A stretch of 64,000 bases of DNA, from the IMG/VR virus record IMGVR_UViG_3300020187_001966. The stretch is one strand, 5' to 3'. Below the pieces are notes generated by a model that was given only the letters and a program-made list of their open reading frames with translations, was not told the DNA's origin and ran no database searches. Shown piece after piece: positions 8,807-17,051 of the stretch (its first letter is position 1; the number at the start of each line of letters is the position of its first letter). This DNA is from a virus (Duplodnaviria > Caudoviricetes). The translations under genes were made by a program, and so were the position numbers.

Positions 8807-9441
8807 AATTATCAGAATTATTAAACATCAACTTCCCTCAATTGGAGGAAGTGATGAGTACAGAAGATTTAGAGGACAAAGTCCAAAAACAAAAACAAGA
8901 CGCATTCAATAAAGCTATGCTTGACGCAATGCATCGTCTTGTAATGAGTAAAGACAAAAGAAGTAGTATTGGCAGCTATGCTTTTGATATATCACGTAGT
9001 TTTGGAGGAGTAAGTCCCAAAGAAGTTGAACGTATGTACCGTGACAAATATATGACTGAGGGAGAACAACTCCCTACAATAATAACGCAAACAATGTTGG
9101 ATACACTAGAAAAACATCTAGATAAAATGTTTTCATCAGTTGGCATTGATGTAGAGTTTACACGACACTTTTTAGACCGTGTAAATGATAACAGAAATAA
9201 AACGCAAATTACTCTAAAAGAGCTTGCTATTTTGTTTAAAGACGCTTATAATAAGTATGGTAAGCAAATAGCACAAATGGGTCCAGATGCGGAAGCTGTC
9301 ATTAAAGATATGCGCAGTGATGTTAATCTACCTTTTGTACTAAATTGGGATAGTAGTAATCAAGAGCTAGACTTAGTAGCAAAAACAGTTATGCGTAAAA
9401 AAGACTTCTTTACTCCTGATACAGAGCTTCCGTTAACATAA
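8803..9441 (+). CDS. Putative internal protein; C-terminal HFLDRVND...KTVMRK domain (possible RNase fold)
   Basis: MKLSELL N-terminus; second module after MTE|G. Confidence 0.55.
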   Translation: MKLSELLNINFPQLEEVMSTEDLEDKVQKQKQDAFNKAMLDAMHRLVMSKDKRSSIGSYAFDISRSFGGVSPKEVERMYRDKYMTEGEQLPTIITQTMLDTLEKHLDKMFSSVGIDVEFTRHFLDRVNDNRNKTQITLKELAILFKDAYNKYGKQIAQMGPDAEAVIKDMRSDVNLPFVLNWDSSNQELDLVAKTVMRKKDFFTPDTELPLT

Positions 9442-9468
9442 CATGTTATTAACAAATAACAGTTTACG

Positions 9469-9475
9469 ATAAATA
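9469..9475 (+). promoter_or_regulatory. T4-type late promoter
   Basis: GATAAATA in intergenic gap, 30 nt before ATG 9505 with SD GGAG. Confidence 0.6.
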
Positions 9476-9504
9476 ACTATATATAGAAAATCCGGAGTGT
9501 CTCA

Positions 9505-9981
9505 ATGAGATTAGAAAAAATACAAACAGCACAACAGGCGCAAGCTAAACCATCAGTGGCAAAAGTAGCTGAAGGTTACGCAGTGCGTGATGTTAATAAC
9601 AAAGAAGTAAAAGTTTTTGAAGACATTGATGTAGCAAAAAGCTATTTGAAGCGTCATATTACAGAACTTAAAGAAGGCCGTGAGCCAGTTGTATACATGA
9701 GTGAAATCATGGAAGGTGTCCTAGATGACACTGACGACGATGGTTGGATGGCAAAAAGTGAACTATACAAACTTTCAAAGTATGCTATTCAGTTACACGG
9801 TATGATCCAAGATAACGAAAATTTAGAACCTTGGGTACAAAGCAAAATCACAAAAGCAGCTGATTATATTAGTTCAGTAAAACATTATATGGAATACGTT
9901 CAAATGACTGACGGACAACCTGAAGTAGTAGACGACATGCCAATGGAAATACCAAACGAATTGCCACCTGAAGGAATGTAA
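9505..9981 (+). CDS. Putative prohead core/internal protein
   Basis: VAE|G, LKE|G, IME|G sites; DGWMAKSEL...LEPWVQSKITKAADY domain typical of large T4-like phages. Confidence 0.6.
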   Translation: MRLEKIQTAQQAQAKPSVAKVAEGYAVRDVNNKEVKVFEDIDVAKSYLKRHITELKEGREPVVYMSEIMEGVLDDTDDDGWMAKSELYKLSKYAIQLHGMIQDNENLEPWVQSKITKAADYISSVKHYMEYVQMTDGQPEVVDDMPMEIPNELPPEGM

Positions 9982-9983
9982 TA

Positions 9984-11597
9984 ATGAAGTTTACTGATTT
10001 TACTGAAAAAGTTATTGAATCTATTGTTAACGAAGAAGCAGCTATTAAACTTGATTTTGATCAAGTGAGGATAAGAATACCTGCTAACGATAATACTAGA
10101 CCAACTACTGGAGAAGTTATTGATTTAGATTCTCGTCGAGCTGCAGCAAAAGATGCTCTTAGTAAAATGTCAGAAGCAGACAGAAAATCTGCAAACGAAT
10201 TTATTAAAAAGAACAAAACTCTACTACAAAGACTATCGTCTGTAGGAGCCAGATCAGCAGCAAGACATGGTGTAGCAACAATTTCAAGTGTAGCATCAGG
10301 CCCACTTGCGCCAGCAGTAGCAGCAGTATTAAATGTAGCAATGCTAGGTTGGGATTTAGCTGATGCCGGCGTTGAAATATGGGACTGGGCAAAATCAAAC
10401 AATGCTAAAGATATTAAACAAGGTAATGCTGGTCGAGCCTATGGCAATGATTTAGCAATGGTAGTTCCAAGATCACCTAGACAGAATTCAAGAGACGATG
10501 ATGCGTATGAAATAAAACATTTAACTCAACAATCACAATTTGGTGCTGCTGGTATGAGAGATCAAGCTGCTCGATTACTATCACAACGTCAAGCTGAATA
10601 CCGCAGAGATCAACAAGAATGGGACAAAGAGTTTGGAAAAACACACTTAGATAACGGCACAGCAAATCCAGATGCAGGTTATCAAGATAAAATAATGAGA
10701 ATTGCGCAAGCAGGTAGAGATGCTCAAAATAAAGCAAGTGATAACGAGCTTATTAAAAAAGCACAACAAAAACCTCAAGATATTCCTCCTGTTGTTAATT
10801 TTACAAATATTCCACCATTGATCACACCATCGTTTACCCCAGGCACAATTAACAACCCAACTGGAGAATTCACTCCCCCTGAATTTGACCCTAATGCTCC
10901 TGAGTTCCCTGAGTTACCTAAAAGGGGTAAACCATTTAAAGCACCAGAAACACCTATAGAGCCAGCTCCAAAAGGCCCTAAAGTTATAACTAAATCACCA
11001 ACCCAACCAAAAAGAACCGACAAGGATCTGGAAAATCCAATAGTACCTGGAGAATTCACTCCCCCTGAATTTGACCCTAATGCTCCTGAGTTCCCTGATT
11101 TACCTAAAAGGGATGATCCGTTTAAAGCACCAAAGCCACCTGTAGAGCCAACTCCAAAAGGCCCTAAAGTTGTAACTACCCCACCTAAACAACCAAAAAG
11201 AACCGACAAGGATCTGGAAAATCCAATAGTACCTGGAGAATTCACTCCCCCTGCATTTGACCCTAATGCTCCTGAGTTCCCTGAGTTACCTAAAAGGGGT
11301 AAACCATTTACAGAACCAGAGTTGCCAAAAGAATTACCAAAAGAATTACCAAAAGAATTACCAAAAAAGTACACCCCTCCTGCTATAACCCCTAATCCAC
11401 ATGCCGGGATAGTTATTGGGAAAAAAGGTAAAACTGATACTAAGACAAAAACCAAGGAAAAACCTAAAGGCAAGACGACAAGTAGACGTGTTGGTGGTGA
11501 TGCTGGCAGTGGTGATCGCATTAAGTCAACGGCTAATCAAATGAAGTTCAGCCCTATAAATATTAGAGACCCACTAAACTTAAAGAGATATGGATAA
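9984..11597 (+). CDS. Putative internal protein with Pro-rich tandem repeats
   Basis: MKFTDFTE...IVNE|E start; 62-aa repeats and (ELPK)x4. Confidence 0.7.
   Translation: MKFTDFTEKVIESIVNEEAAIKLDFDQVRIRIPANDNTRPTTGEVIDLDSRRAAAKDALSKMSEADRKSANEFIKKNKTLLQRLSSVGARSAARHGVATISSVASGPLAPAVAAVLNVAMLGWDLADAGVEIWDWAKSNNAKDIKQGNAGRAYGNDLAMVVPRSPRQNSRDDDAYEIKHLTQQSQFGAAGMRDQAARLLSQRQAEYRRDQQEWDKEFGKTHLDNGTANPDAGYQDKIMRIAQAGRDAQNKASDNELIKKAQQKPQDIPPVVNFTNIPPLITPSFTPGTINNPTGEFTPPEFDPNAPEFPELPKRGKPFKAPETPIEPAPKGPKVITKSPTQPKRTDKDLENPIVPGEFTPPEFDPNAPEFPDLPKRDDPFKAPKPPVEPTPKGPKVVTTPPKQPKRTDKDLENPIVPGEFTPPAFDPNAPEFPELPKRGKPFTEPELPKELPKELPKELPKKYTPPAITPNPHAGIVIGKKGKTDTKTKTKEKPKGKTTSRRVGGDAGSGDRIKSTANQMKFSPINIRDPLNLKRYG
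10861..11310 (+). repeat. 186-bp in-frame tandem repeat, about 2.4 copies
   Basis: CTGGAGAATTCACTCCCCCT... starts at 10861, 11047 and 11233. Confidence 0.92.
11319..11366 (+). repeat. 12-bp tandem repeat x4 encoding ELPK
   Basis: GAGTTGCCAAAA followed by GAATTACCAAAA x3. Confidence 0.92.
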
Positions 11598-11600
11598 GAA

Positions 11601-13421
11601 ATGATACACAAAATAGCAAAACAAATCATAGCAGAAGCTAGACAAAGCAGAACTAATTATGCTGTTACACAACAGCCATATGATAAAATTAAAGCAAATA
11701 TGTACACCATATTTGAATGCTATGCTCGTGGTATTATTGACTGGGACATTTCAAAAACAAAACTACAAAATGTAATTAAAGAGTATGTAAATTTATATCC
11801 ACTAGAAGAGCGTAAAGCTGAAGTTAAAATTATGCGTGAAGAATATAAACGTATCACAACAGACTATAAACTAGCACTAGACGAATATCGTGTAGTTGCT
11901 GAACAAAAAATGACAAGTAGTTTAGTAGCAAAACAAAAACTAGACGAAAGTACAGCGCAACATCACAGTAATGTATTTTACAATGGACGTAATTTAACTG
12001 AATCAGATCTTAAAGATATTGCTACACTTAAAACATGGCAACGTGTAATGGAAGCGTATCCTAACCTTACAACAAAAGAAGAAGAGCTTGTACGTACACT
12101 TGAAAACACATATGATACTAAAGACTTTGAATTTAATCCAAGAGCTGGTCATAGAGATCAAATGGCACATCCAGAAAATCAAGGATTAGGTCCATCAAAT
12201 ATGTCTAGCCCACGTCCCAAGTTACGTCCTAAAAAACTAGCTCCAATGTCAAGTCCACGTCCACAAGCCCGTCCAGCAAACTTACAAATGCGTAATGATA
12301 TTAATAAAGCAGTACAGCAGGCAGTTGGAGAAGGCGATAGCCCACACAAAAAAGGTACAGCAAAGTACAAAGCACATATGGCGGCAATGCATGCTGAAGG
12401 ATATAAAGAGTTGCCGCCAATTAACAGAGATCGTTATCAAGAACGTGACGGTCTAGAAGGACCATTCAGTACACTAAGTGGTAAGGTAGTTTATTATGAT
12501 CCAAAAGAAGGTTCGTACTACGATCCAGACACAGATATGTATATGAGTTATGGCGAATTCAAAGCACTTGACAACGACTATAGTAACATGAAAGACGAAC
12601 GTGACATCGACGTAAAAGAAGAAATGAGCAATGACGAAGTAGATGCGTTCCATCGTGCACTAGATGAACTTGTGCACAAGCACTTAGGTCACAGCTCACA
12701 TGAGAAAGAAATGGACGAAGTTGAAGAAACACTTAGCCCAGAAGAGAAAAAGCAAGTCAATCAAATGTACAACAAAGACGGTACGTTAACTGACATTGGT
12801 AAAAAAGTTATGAGCCAAGGACAAATACAAGATATCCTTAAAAAAGCAATGAAGCAACTTAAAGGTATTGATGCCCAAGCAAAGTTTACACACAGAGATT
12901 TAAATCAAGCAGTTGCTACAATTAATCAAGGTAATATTCCAGGCGCACTACAAGAATTAGTAAATGGTGTAGATGGTCCTGAGCCACAAATACAAGACAC
13001 ATTTAATGACGCACATGATGATTTACAGAGACTTATTAACCCTAAAACAGACAAAGAACTAGATGATGAGTATTGGCAAGACGTATCCGATATGAAAGCA
13101 AAAAGCAGAGCTGGCGTAGAATCAATTGTTCATGATGTATTTGATACAGCACTTGAAGAAATGACAAGCGCAGGTGCTATTGCCAGTGTAGCAACACCAA
13201 TGGGTAAAATGAAACGCCGTAAAGACAGTATTTTTGCTGACAAAGAAACTAAAGGCGATGTAATGACTGAAGCACAGTTTGACGAAGCGGCAGGCGAAAA
13301 AGATGCTTGTTATCGTAAAGTAAAATCACGTTATAAAGTATGGCCAAGTGCTTATGCTAGTGGCGCATTAACAAAATGTCGTAAAGTTGGAGCAGCCAAC
13401 TGGGGAAAAAGTAAGAAGTAA
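11601..13421 (+). CDS. Multi-module putative internal/core polyprotein
   Basis: IAE|A, LDE|S, LTE|S, VGE|G, VKE|E, LEE|M, MTE|A, FDE|A sites; basic C-terminal DACYRKVK...SAYASGALTKCRK module. Confidence 0.6.
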   Translation: MIHKIAKQIIAEARQSRTNYAVTQQPYDKIKANMYTIFECYARGIIDWDISKTKLQNVIKEYVNLYPLEERKAEVKIMREEYKRITTDYKLALDEYRVVAEQKMTSSLVAKQKLDESTAQHHSNVFYNGRNLTESDLKDIATLKTWQRVMEAYPNLTTKEEELVRTLENTYDTKDFEFNPRAGHRDQMAHPENQGLGPSNMSSPRPKLRPKKLAPMSSPRPQARPANLQMRNDINKAVQQAVGEGDSPHKKGTAKYKAHMAAMHAEGYKELPPINRDRYQERDGLEGPFSTLSGKVVYYDPKEGSYYDPDTDMYMSYGEFKALDNDYSNMKDERDIDVKEEMSNDEVDAFHRALDELVHKHLGHSSHEKEMDEVEETLSPEEKKQVNQMYNKDGTLTDIGKKVMSQGQIQDILKKAMKQLKGIDAQAKFTHRDLNQAVATINQGNIPGALQELVNGVDGPEPQIQDTFNDAHDDLQRLINPKTDKELDDEYWQDVSDMKAKSRAGVESIVHDVFDTALEEMTSAGAIASVATPMGKMKRRKDSIFADKETKGDVMTEAQFDEAAGEKDACYRKVKSRYKVWPSAYASGALTKCRKVGAANWGKSKK

Positions 13422-13424
13422 TAA

Positions 13425-14279
13425 ATGGGTAACCGGAATCAAAATAGCACAGATTATATTCACGCAGATGAACCAAACATTTTAAATGTTCATAAAGCTA
13501 TGGATTATAATCAGCAAGGGCAACCGCTACTAAGAACAACTGGTAGTAGTTATGATTGGATTATTAACATTAGCGCAGGTGCGGTTGATGGTACTGGTTA
13601 TATTGAAAAGTTCGGCATGAACACTGATGTAGACAGCGACAAAGAAACAATTTGGGACGGTGGAGGTATATATACGTATCTATCCACTGGCGAGAAACTT
13701 TCAGTTACTAGCAGCAGTGTTAATGATAGCGCATCTGGATCAGGTGCTCGTACTGTAGAGATACAAGGTTGTAATGATGCTGGAGAGGTTATTTTAGAAA
13801 CTGTTGAGATTGGTAGTGCAAGTACTCAATTGTTTAAACGTGTGTTTCGTGTAAAGGTTGTAACATCAGGCACAAGCGGAGTTAATGAAGGTATTATTAA
13901 TATTACTAGTCTGGTATCTACAACAATAGTTGCTCAAATTGGAGTTGATGGCACTGGTAGTAATGCAGCAGGACGTGGACAAACATTCATGGCGTTGTAT
14001 ACAGTACCAGTAGGAAAAACAGCATATTTGACACAATGGACTGTTGGTTGTGGTAAGCAAAATACAGATGCTATTGCTACATTTATGGCAAAAACACCAG
14101 CTGGTGCTTGGAATGCTAAAGATATTATTACAGTTAGCGCAACTACATACACTAAAGATTATAAGATTCCAATACAGTTTACAGAACAAACAGATATAGA
14201 AGTACGTGCTTATAGTAGTGTAAACAATTCACTAGTAAGTAGTACGTTTAACTTATTGATAATAGACAACCCGGTATAA
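13425..14279 (+). CDS. Putative virion structural protein (Gly/Ser/Thr-rich beta-sandwich)
   Basis: Composition and position in the late cluster; KFG.N.D...ETIWDGGG.Y pattern recalled from marine phage structural proteins. Confidence 0.5.
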   Translation: MGNRNQNSTDYIHADEPNILNVHKAMDYNQQGQPLLRTTGSSYDWIINISAGAVDGTGYIEKFGMNTDVDSDKETIWDGGGIYTYLSTGEKLSVTSSSVNDSASGSGARTVEIQGCNDAGEVILETVEIGSASTQLFKRVFRVKVVTSGTSGVNEGIINITSLVSTTIVAQIGVDGTGSNAAGRGQTFMALYTVPVGKTAYLTQWTVGCGKQNTDAIATFMAKTPAGAWNAKDIITVSATTYTKDYKIPIQFTEQTDIEVRAYSSVNNSLVSSTFNLLIIDNPV

Positions 14280-14282
14280 ATA
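14275..14282 (+). promoter_or_regulatory. T4-type late promoter, 5 nt before ATG (leaderless)
   Basis: Perfect TATAAATA; ATG at 14288; no SD. Confidence 0.7.
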
Positions 14283-14287
14283 TTTAC

Positions 14288-14599
14288 ATGCTTATAGAAG
14301 ACATCATAACAGAAGATTTACGGGCATGGTTCGGCAAAGGCAAAAAAGGCGGGGCCGGCGGAGGTGGCTGGGATCGTTACAACAGCAAAGGCGAACGTGT
14401 TGGCAAATGTGGAGATGGCGAAGGCAAAGGCAAACCAAAGTGTCTAAGTAAAAGCGCAGCCGCTAAACTACGTAATGCTGACAAAAACAAAGACGGCAAA
14501 AAAGACGGAGCAAAAGGTATTGCTACCGCAGTTAAACGTAAAAAATCAAAAGACCCTAATCCTAATCGCAAGGGCAAAGCAAAGAACGTAAAGAACTAA
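14288..14599 (+). CDS. Small, highly basic putative internal protein
   Basis: MLIEDIITE|DLRAWFG; K/G-rich with two Cys. Confidence 0.7.
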   Translation: MLIEDIITEDLRAWFGKGKKGGAGGGGWDRYNSKGERVGKCGDGEGKGKPKCLSKSAAAKLRNADKNKDGKKDGAKGIATAVKRKKSKDPNPNRKGKAKNVKN

Positions 14600-14608
14600 G
14601 GAAGTATA

Positions 14609-17050
14609 ATGCCAATTCTAACTAAACGTGAGAGACAAGATGATAAACTTGCTTTAGCAAATGCTGATAGAGTAGCTCGTAATGTAATAGAGCCAGGGCG
14701 TTATACTGATGTAACAGCAGACGCAACTCAACTACCTACACGTTATGCTGTTGGTGATAATGACACCAACAATGTAGTAAATAACCCCAATACAGGCGGC
14801 CTATTACCAGGTCGTCCTTGGAACTCAACAACATCTGTGTATGCAATACTTGCTTTTGAGCCAAAACTAGTTTTTGATTTTACTGGAAATGTATTTAAGA
14901 CAGGCGGTGCAGATAGCACTCTAGCTAACAGTGTGACTCATGCTCGCGCAGGTCAAGCTACGATGGTAGACTCAGATGGTCTTCTCAAATGGGCTCCACA
15001 TAACCTTTTGCCTAGGTCTGAAGAGCTAAATCTGTGGTCTCAAGCAAATGCTGGCGGGGCTGTTGTAGACAATGCTGTTGCTCCAGATGGGACAACCACA
15101 GCGGCTACCTTTACAATTAGCTCTACTAACTTTCATAGTTATATTCGTTCTTTTGTCACATATACTGCAGGAGATATAATTACATTTTCCTTCTGGGTAA
15201 GAAGTGACACTGTAACGATACTGCCGTTTGGGATTAATGGTGGGACAAATCAAGCGAACAATAACATATATACTAATGTTCCAGTAACAAGCACTTGGAA
15301 CTTGGTTGATCTTGAATTCACAGTTGGAGGTAATGACACTTCTCTTTACTATGTAATTGGAAAACAAAGTCAAAACCCTGTATCTAATCAAATAGGTGAC
15401 GTAGAAATCTGGCATCCACACGCTTACCGCAGTGACTTAGGTGGCATGGTGAACAACCCATCACAACCTACAGGCTTTGAAACCTACGCCCCAACAACAA
15501 GTTCTGCTGTTTACCTACCAAGAGTTGGACATCACGTCTACAATGGCTCTGCTTGGGTTAACGAAGGCATCCTCCACGAGAGTGAAGCTAGGACTAACTT
15601 GGTTACTTATAGTAATGACTTTACTCATTCGAGTTGGGTAAAGAATGCAATAATAACCCCAAATGATGCTGTTTCCCCAGACGGGACATCAAATGCTTCG
15701 AAGTTTTCATTCGGCGGAACTGGTTATTTTCAATTCAACCATTCTAGAACCACTGGTCAGACGTACACCATATCAGCTTGGGTTAAGTCTTATGATGGAA
15801 CAGATGAAGCCTTTCAACTTTATGCACAAAATGGTGCTTTTAATCAAGACTTTATAGCAACCTCCGAGTGGCAGAGATTCTCATTTACTTACACAAGTAC
15901 GGGGACTACAGTCAATGGTGATGGCATTGCACGTCCTACTAGCAATATTCCTGCTCTCTTACATGTTTACGGTATACAAATAGAAGCTGGCGCAACCCCA
16001 TCTAGTTACATCCCAACATCAGGTTCAACTGTAACAAGGGCGGCTGAGACACTAACCGTCCCTGCGGCTAATCTGCCTTATCCTACTCCTGTTGAGGTTA
16101 CTGGCACTGAGCTGGTTACTAATGGTACGTTTGATAGTAACACAAATAATTGGACTGCTTTTAATTCCGCATTATCTGTGGACTCTAACAGATTAAAAAT
16201 TGTTAACGATGGAATCTTTGGGACAGCAACCCAACAATTCACTACTGTCTCAAATAAAGTATATTTAGTTACAGCTGATTTAATTCATGGCGGCGCTGTC
16301 GACGGTAGAATACTCATCAATGAAGGACAGTTTGGTGGAGCTTTGTATAATAGCACAATAGTATCATTCGATAAAACATTTTCAATTGTTTTTAAAGCGG
16401 CTAGTCACCTCACTAACATAGTTCTCCAAAATTCTTTTGGTACTTCTGGAGGTCTTGGTAGTACTGGAGATTTTAACTTTTGGGATAATGTATCCATCAA
16501 AGAAATCAACCCTCTCGCTTTGTCTATCCAGATGGACGGTAAGATGACTTATGCTGATAATGGCGCTACTGCAACTAGCAGTAATAACGTGGGCGAAGTA
16601 ACCTTTTTAAAATGGCAAGAGACTAGCAATAAATTTATTGGAGTAGTTCTTAACACACTCACCTCACGAGTAGGGCAAGTTTCGGTAAGACAACGTAATG
16701 CTAGCAGTGGGTTCGATGAAGTTGTGTCAGCCGTTGACGCTTACACCCCTGACACTAACGTACCGTTTAACATTGCATCACGTCATGGCTCTACGTTCAT
16801 CAACGGCGCTCACGAGGGTACACTCCTGACAGCCAACACAACCCCTACGATTCTCCCTGACTTGTCATCTACTGCCTTAGAACTTGGCCAAACCTTCATG
16901 GGTACAATAGCTCAATTCAGAATGTGGGATGAAGACTTAACAGACGCAGGTATAGTTGAAGCAACAGAACCATCCACAGAACCATCATTACAATTAACAT
17001 TTGATGGCTCATCCACAACAAGTTTCACAGTATTAGATTGGAGTGAATAA
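14609..17050 (+). CDS. Fibre/spike protein with lectin (ConA/CBM-like) repeats and N-terminal anchor module
   Basis: Repeated EARTNL / GATPSSYIPTSGSTVTRAA / ELVTNGTF motifs; N-terminal ~72 aa ending GGLLPGRPW. Confidence 0.7.
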   Translation: MPILTKRERQDDKLALANADRVARNVIEPGRYTDVTADATQLPTRYAVGDNDTNNVVNNPNTGGLLPGRPWNSTTSVYAILAFEPKLVFDFTGNVFKTGGADSTLANSVTHARAGQATMVDSDGLLKWAPHNLLPRSEELNLWSQANAGGAVVDNAVAPDGTTTAATFTISSTNFHSYIRSFVTYTAGDIITFSFWVRSDTVTILPFGINGGTNQANNNIYTNVPVTSTWNLVDLEFTVGGNDTSLYYVIGKQSQNPVSNQIGDVEIWHPHAYRSDLGGMVNNPSQPTGFETYAPTTSSAVYLPRVGHHVYNGSAWVNEGILHESEARTNLVTYSNDFTHSSWVKNAIITPNDAVSPDGTSNASKFSFGGTGYFQFNHSRTTGQTYTISAWVKSYDGTDEAFQLYAQNGAFNQDFIATSEWQRFSFTYTSTGTTVNGDGIARPTSNIPALLHVYGIQIEAGATPSSYIPTSGSTVTRAAETLTVPAANLPYPTPVEVTGTELVTNGTFDSNTNNWTAFNSALSVDSNRLKIVNDGIFGTATQQFTTVSNKVYLVTADLIHGGAVDGRILINEGQFGGALYNSTIVSFDKTFSIVFKAASHLTNIVLQNSFGTSGGLGSTGDFNFWDNVSIKEINPLALSIQMDGKMTYADNGATATSSNNVGEVTFLKWQETSNKFIGVVLNTLTSRVGQVSVRQRNASSGFDEVVSAVDAYTPDTNVPFNIASRHGSTFINGAHEGTLLTANTTPTILPDLSSTALELGQTFMGTIAQFRMWDEDLTDAGIVEATEPSTEPSLQLTFDGSSTTSFTVLDWSE

Positions 17051-17051
17051 T

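Noticed and set aside
10861-11366. Repeats as a possible CRISPR array
   Set aside because: Units are 186 bp and 12 bp, in-frame inside a CDS, with no unique spacers and no cas genes.
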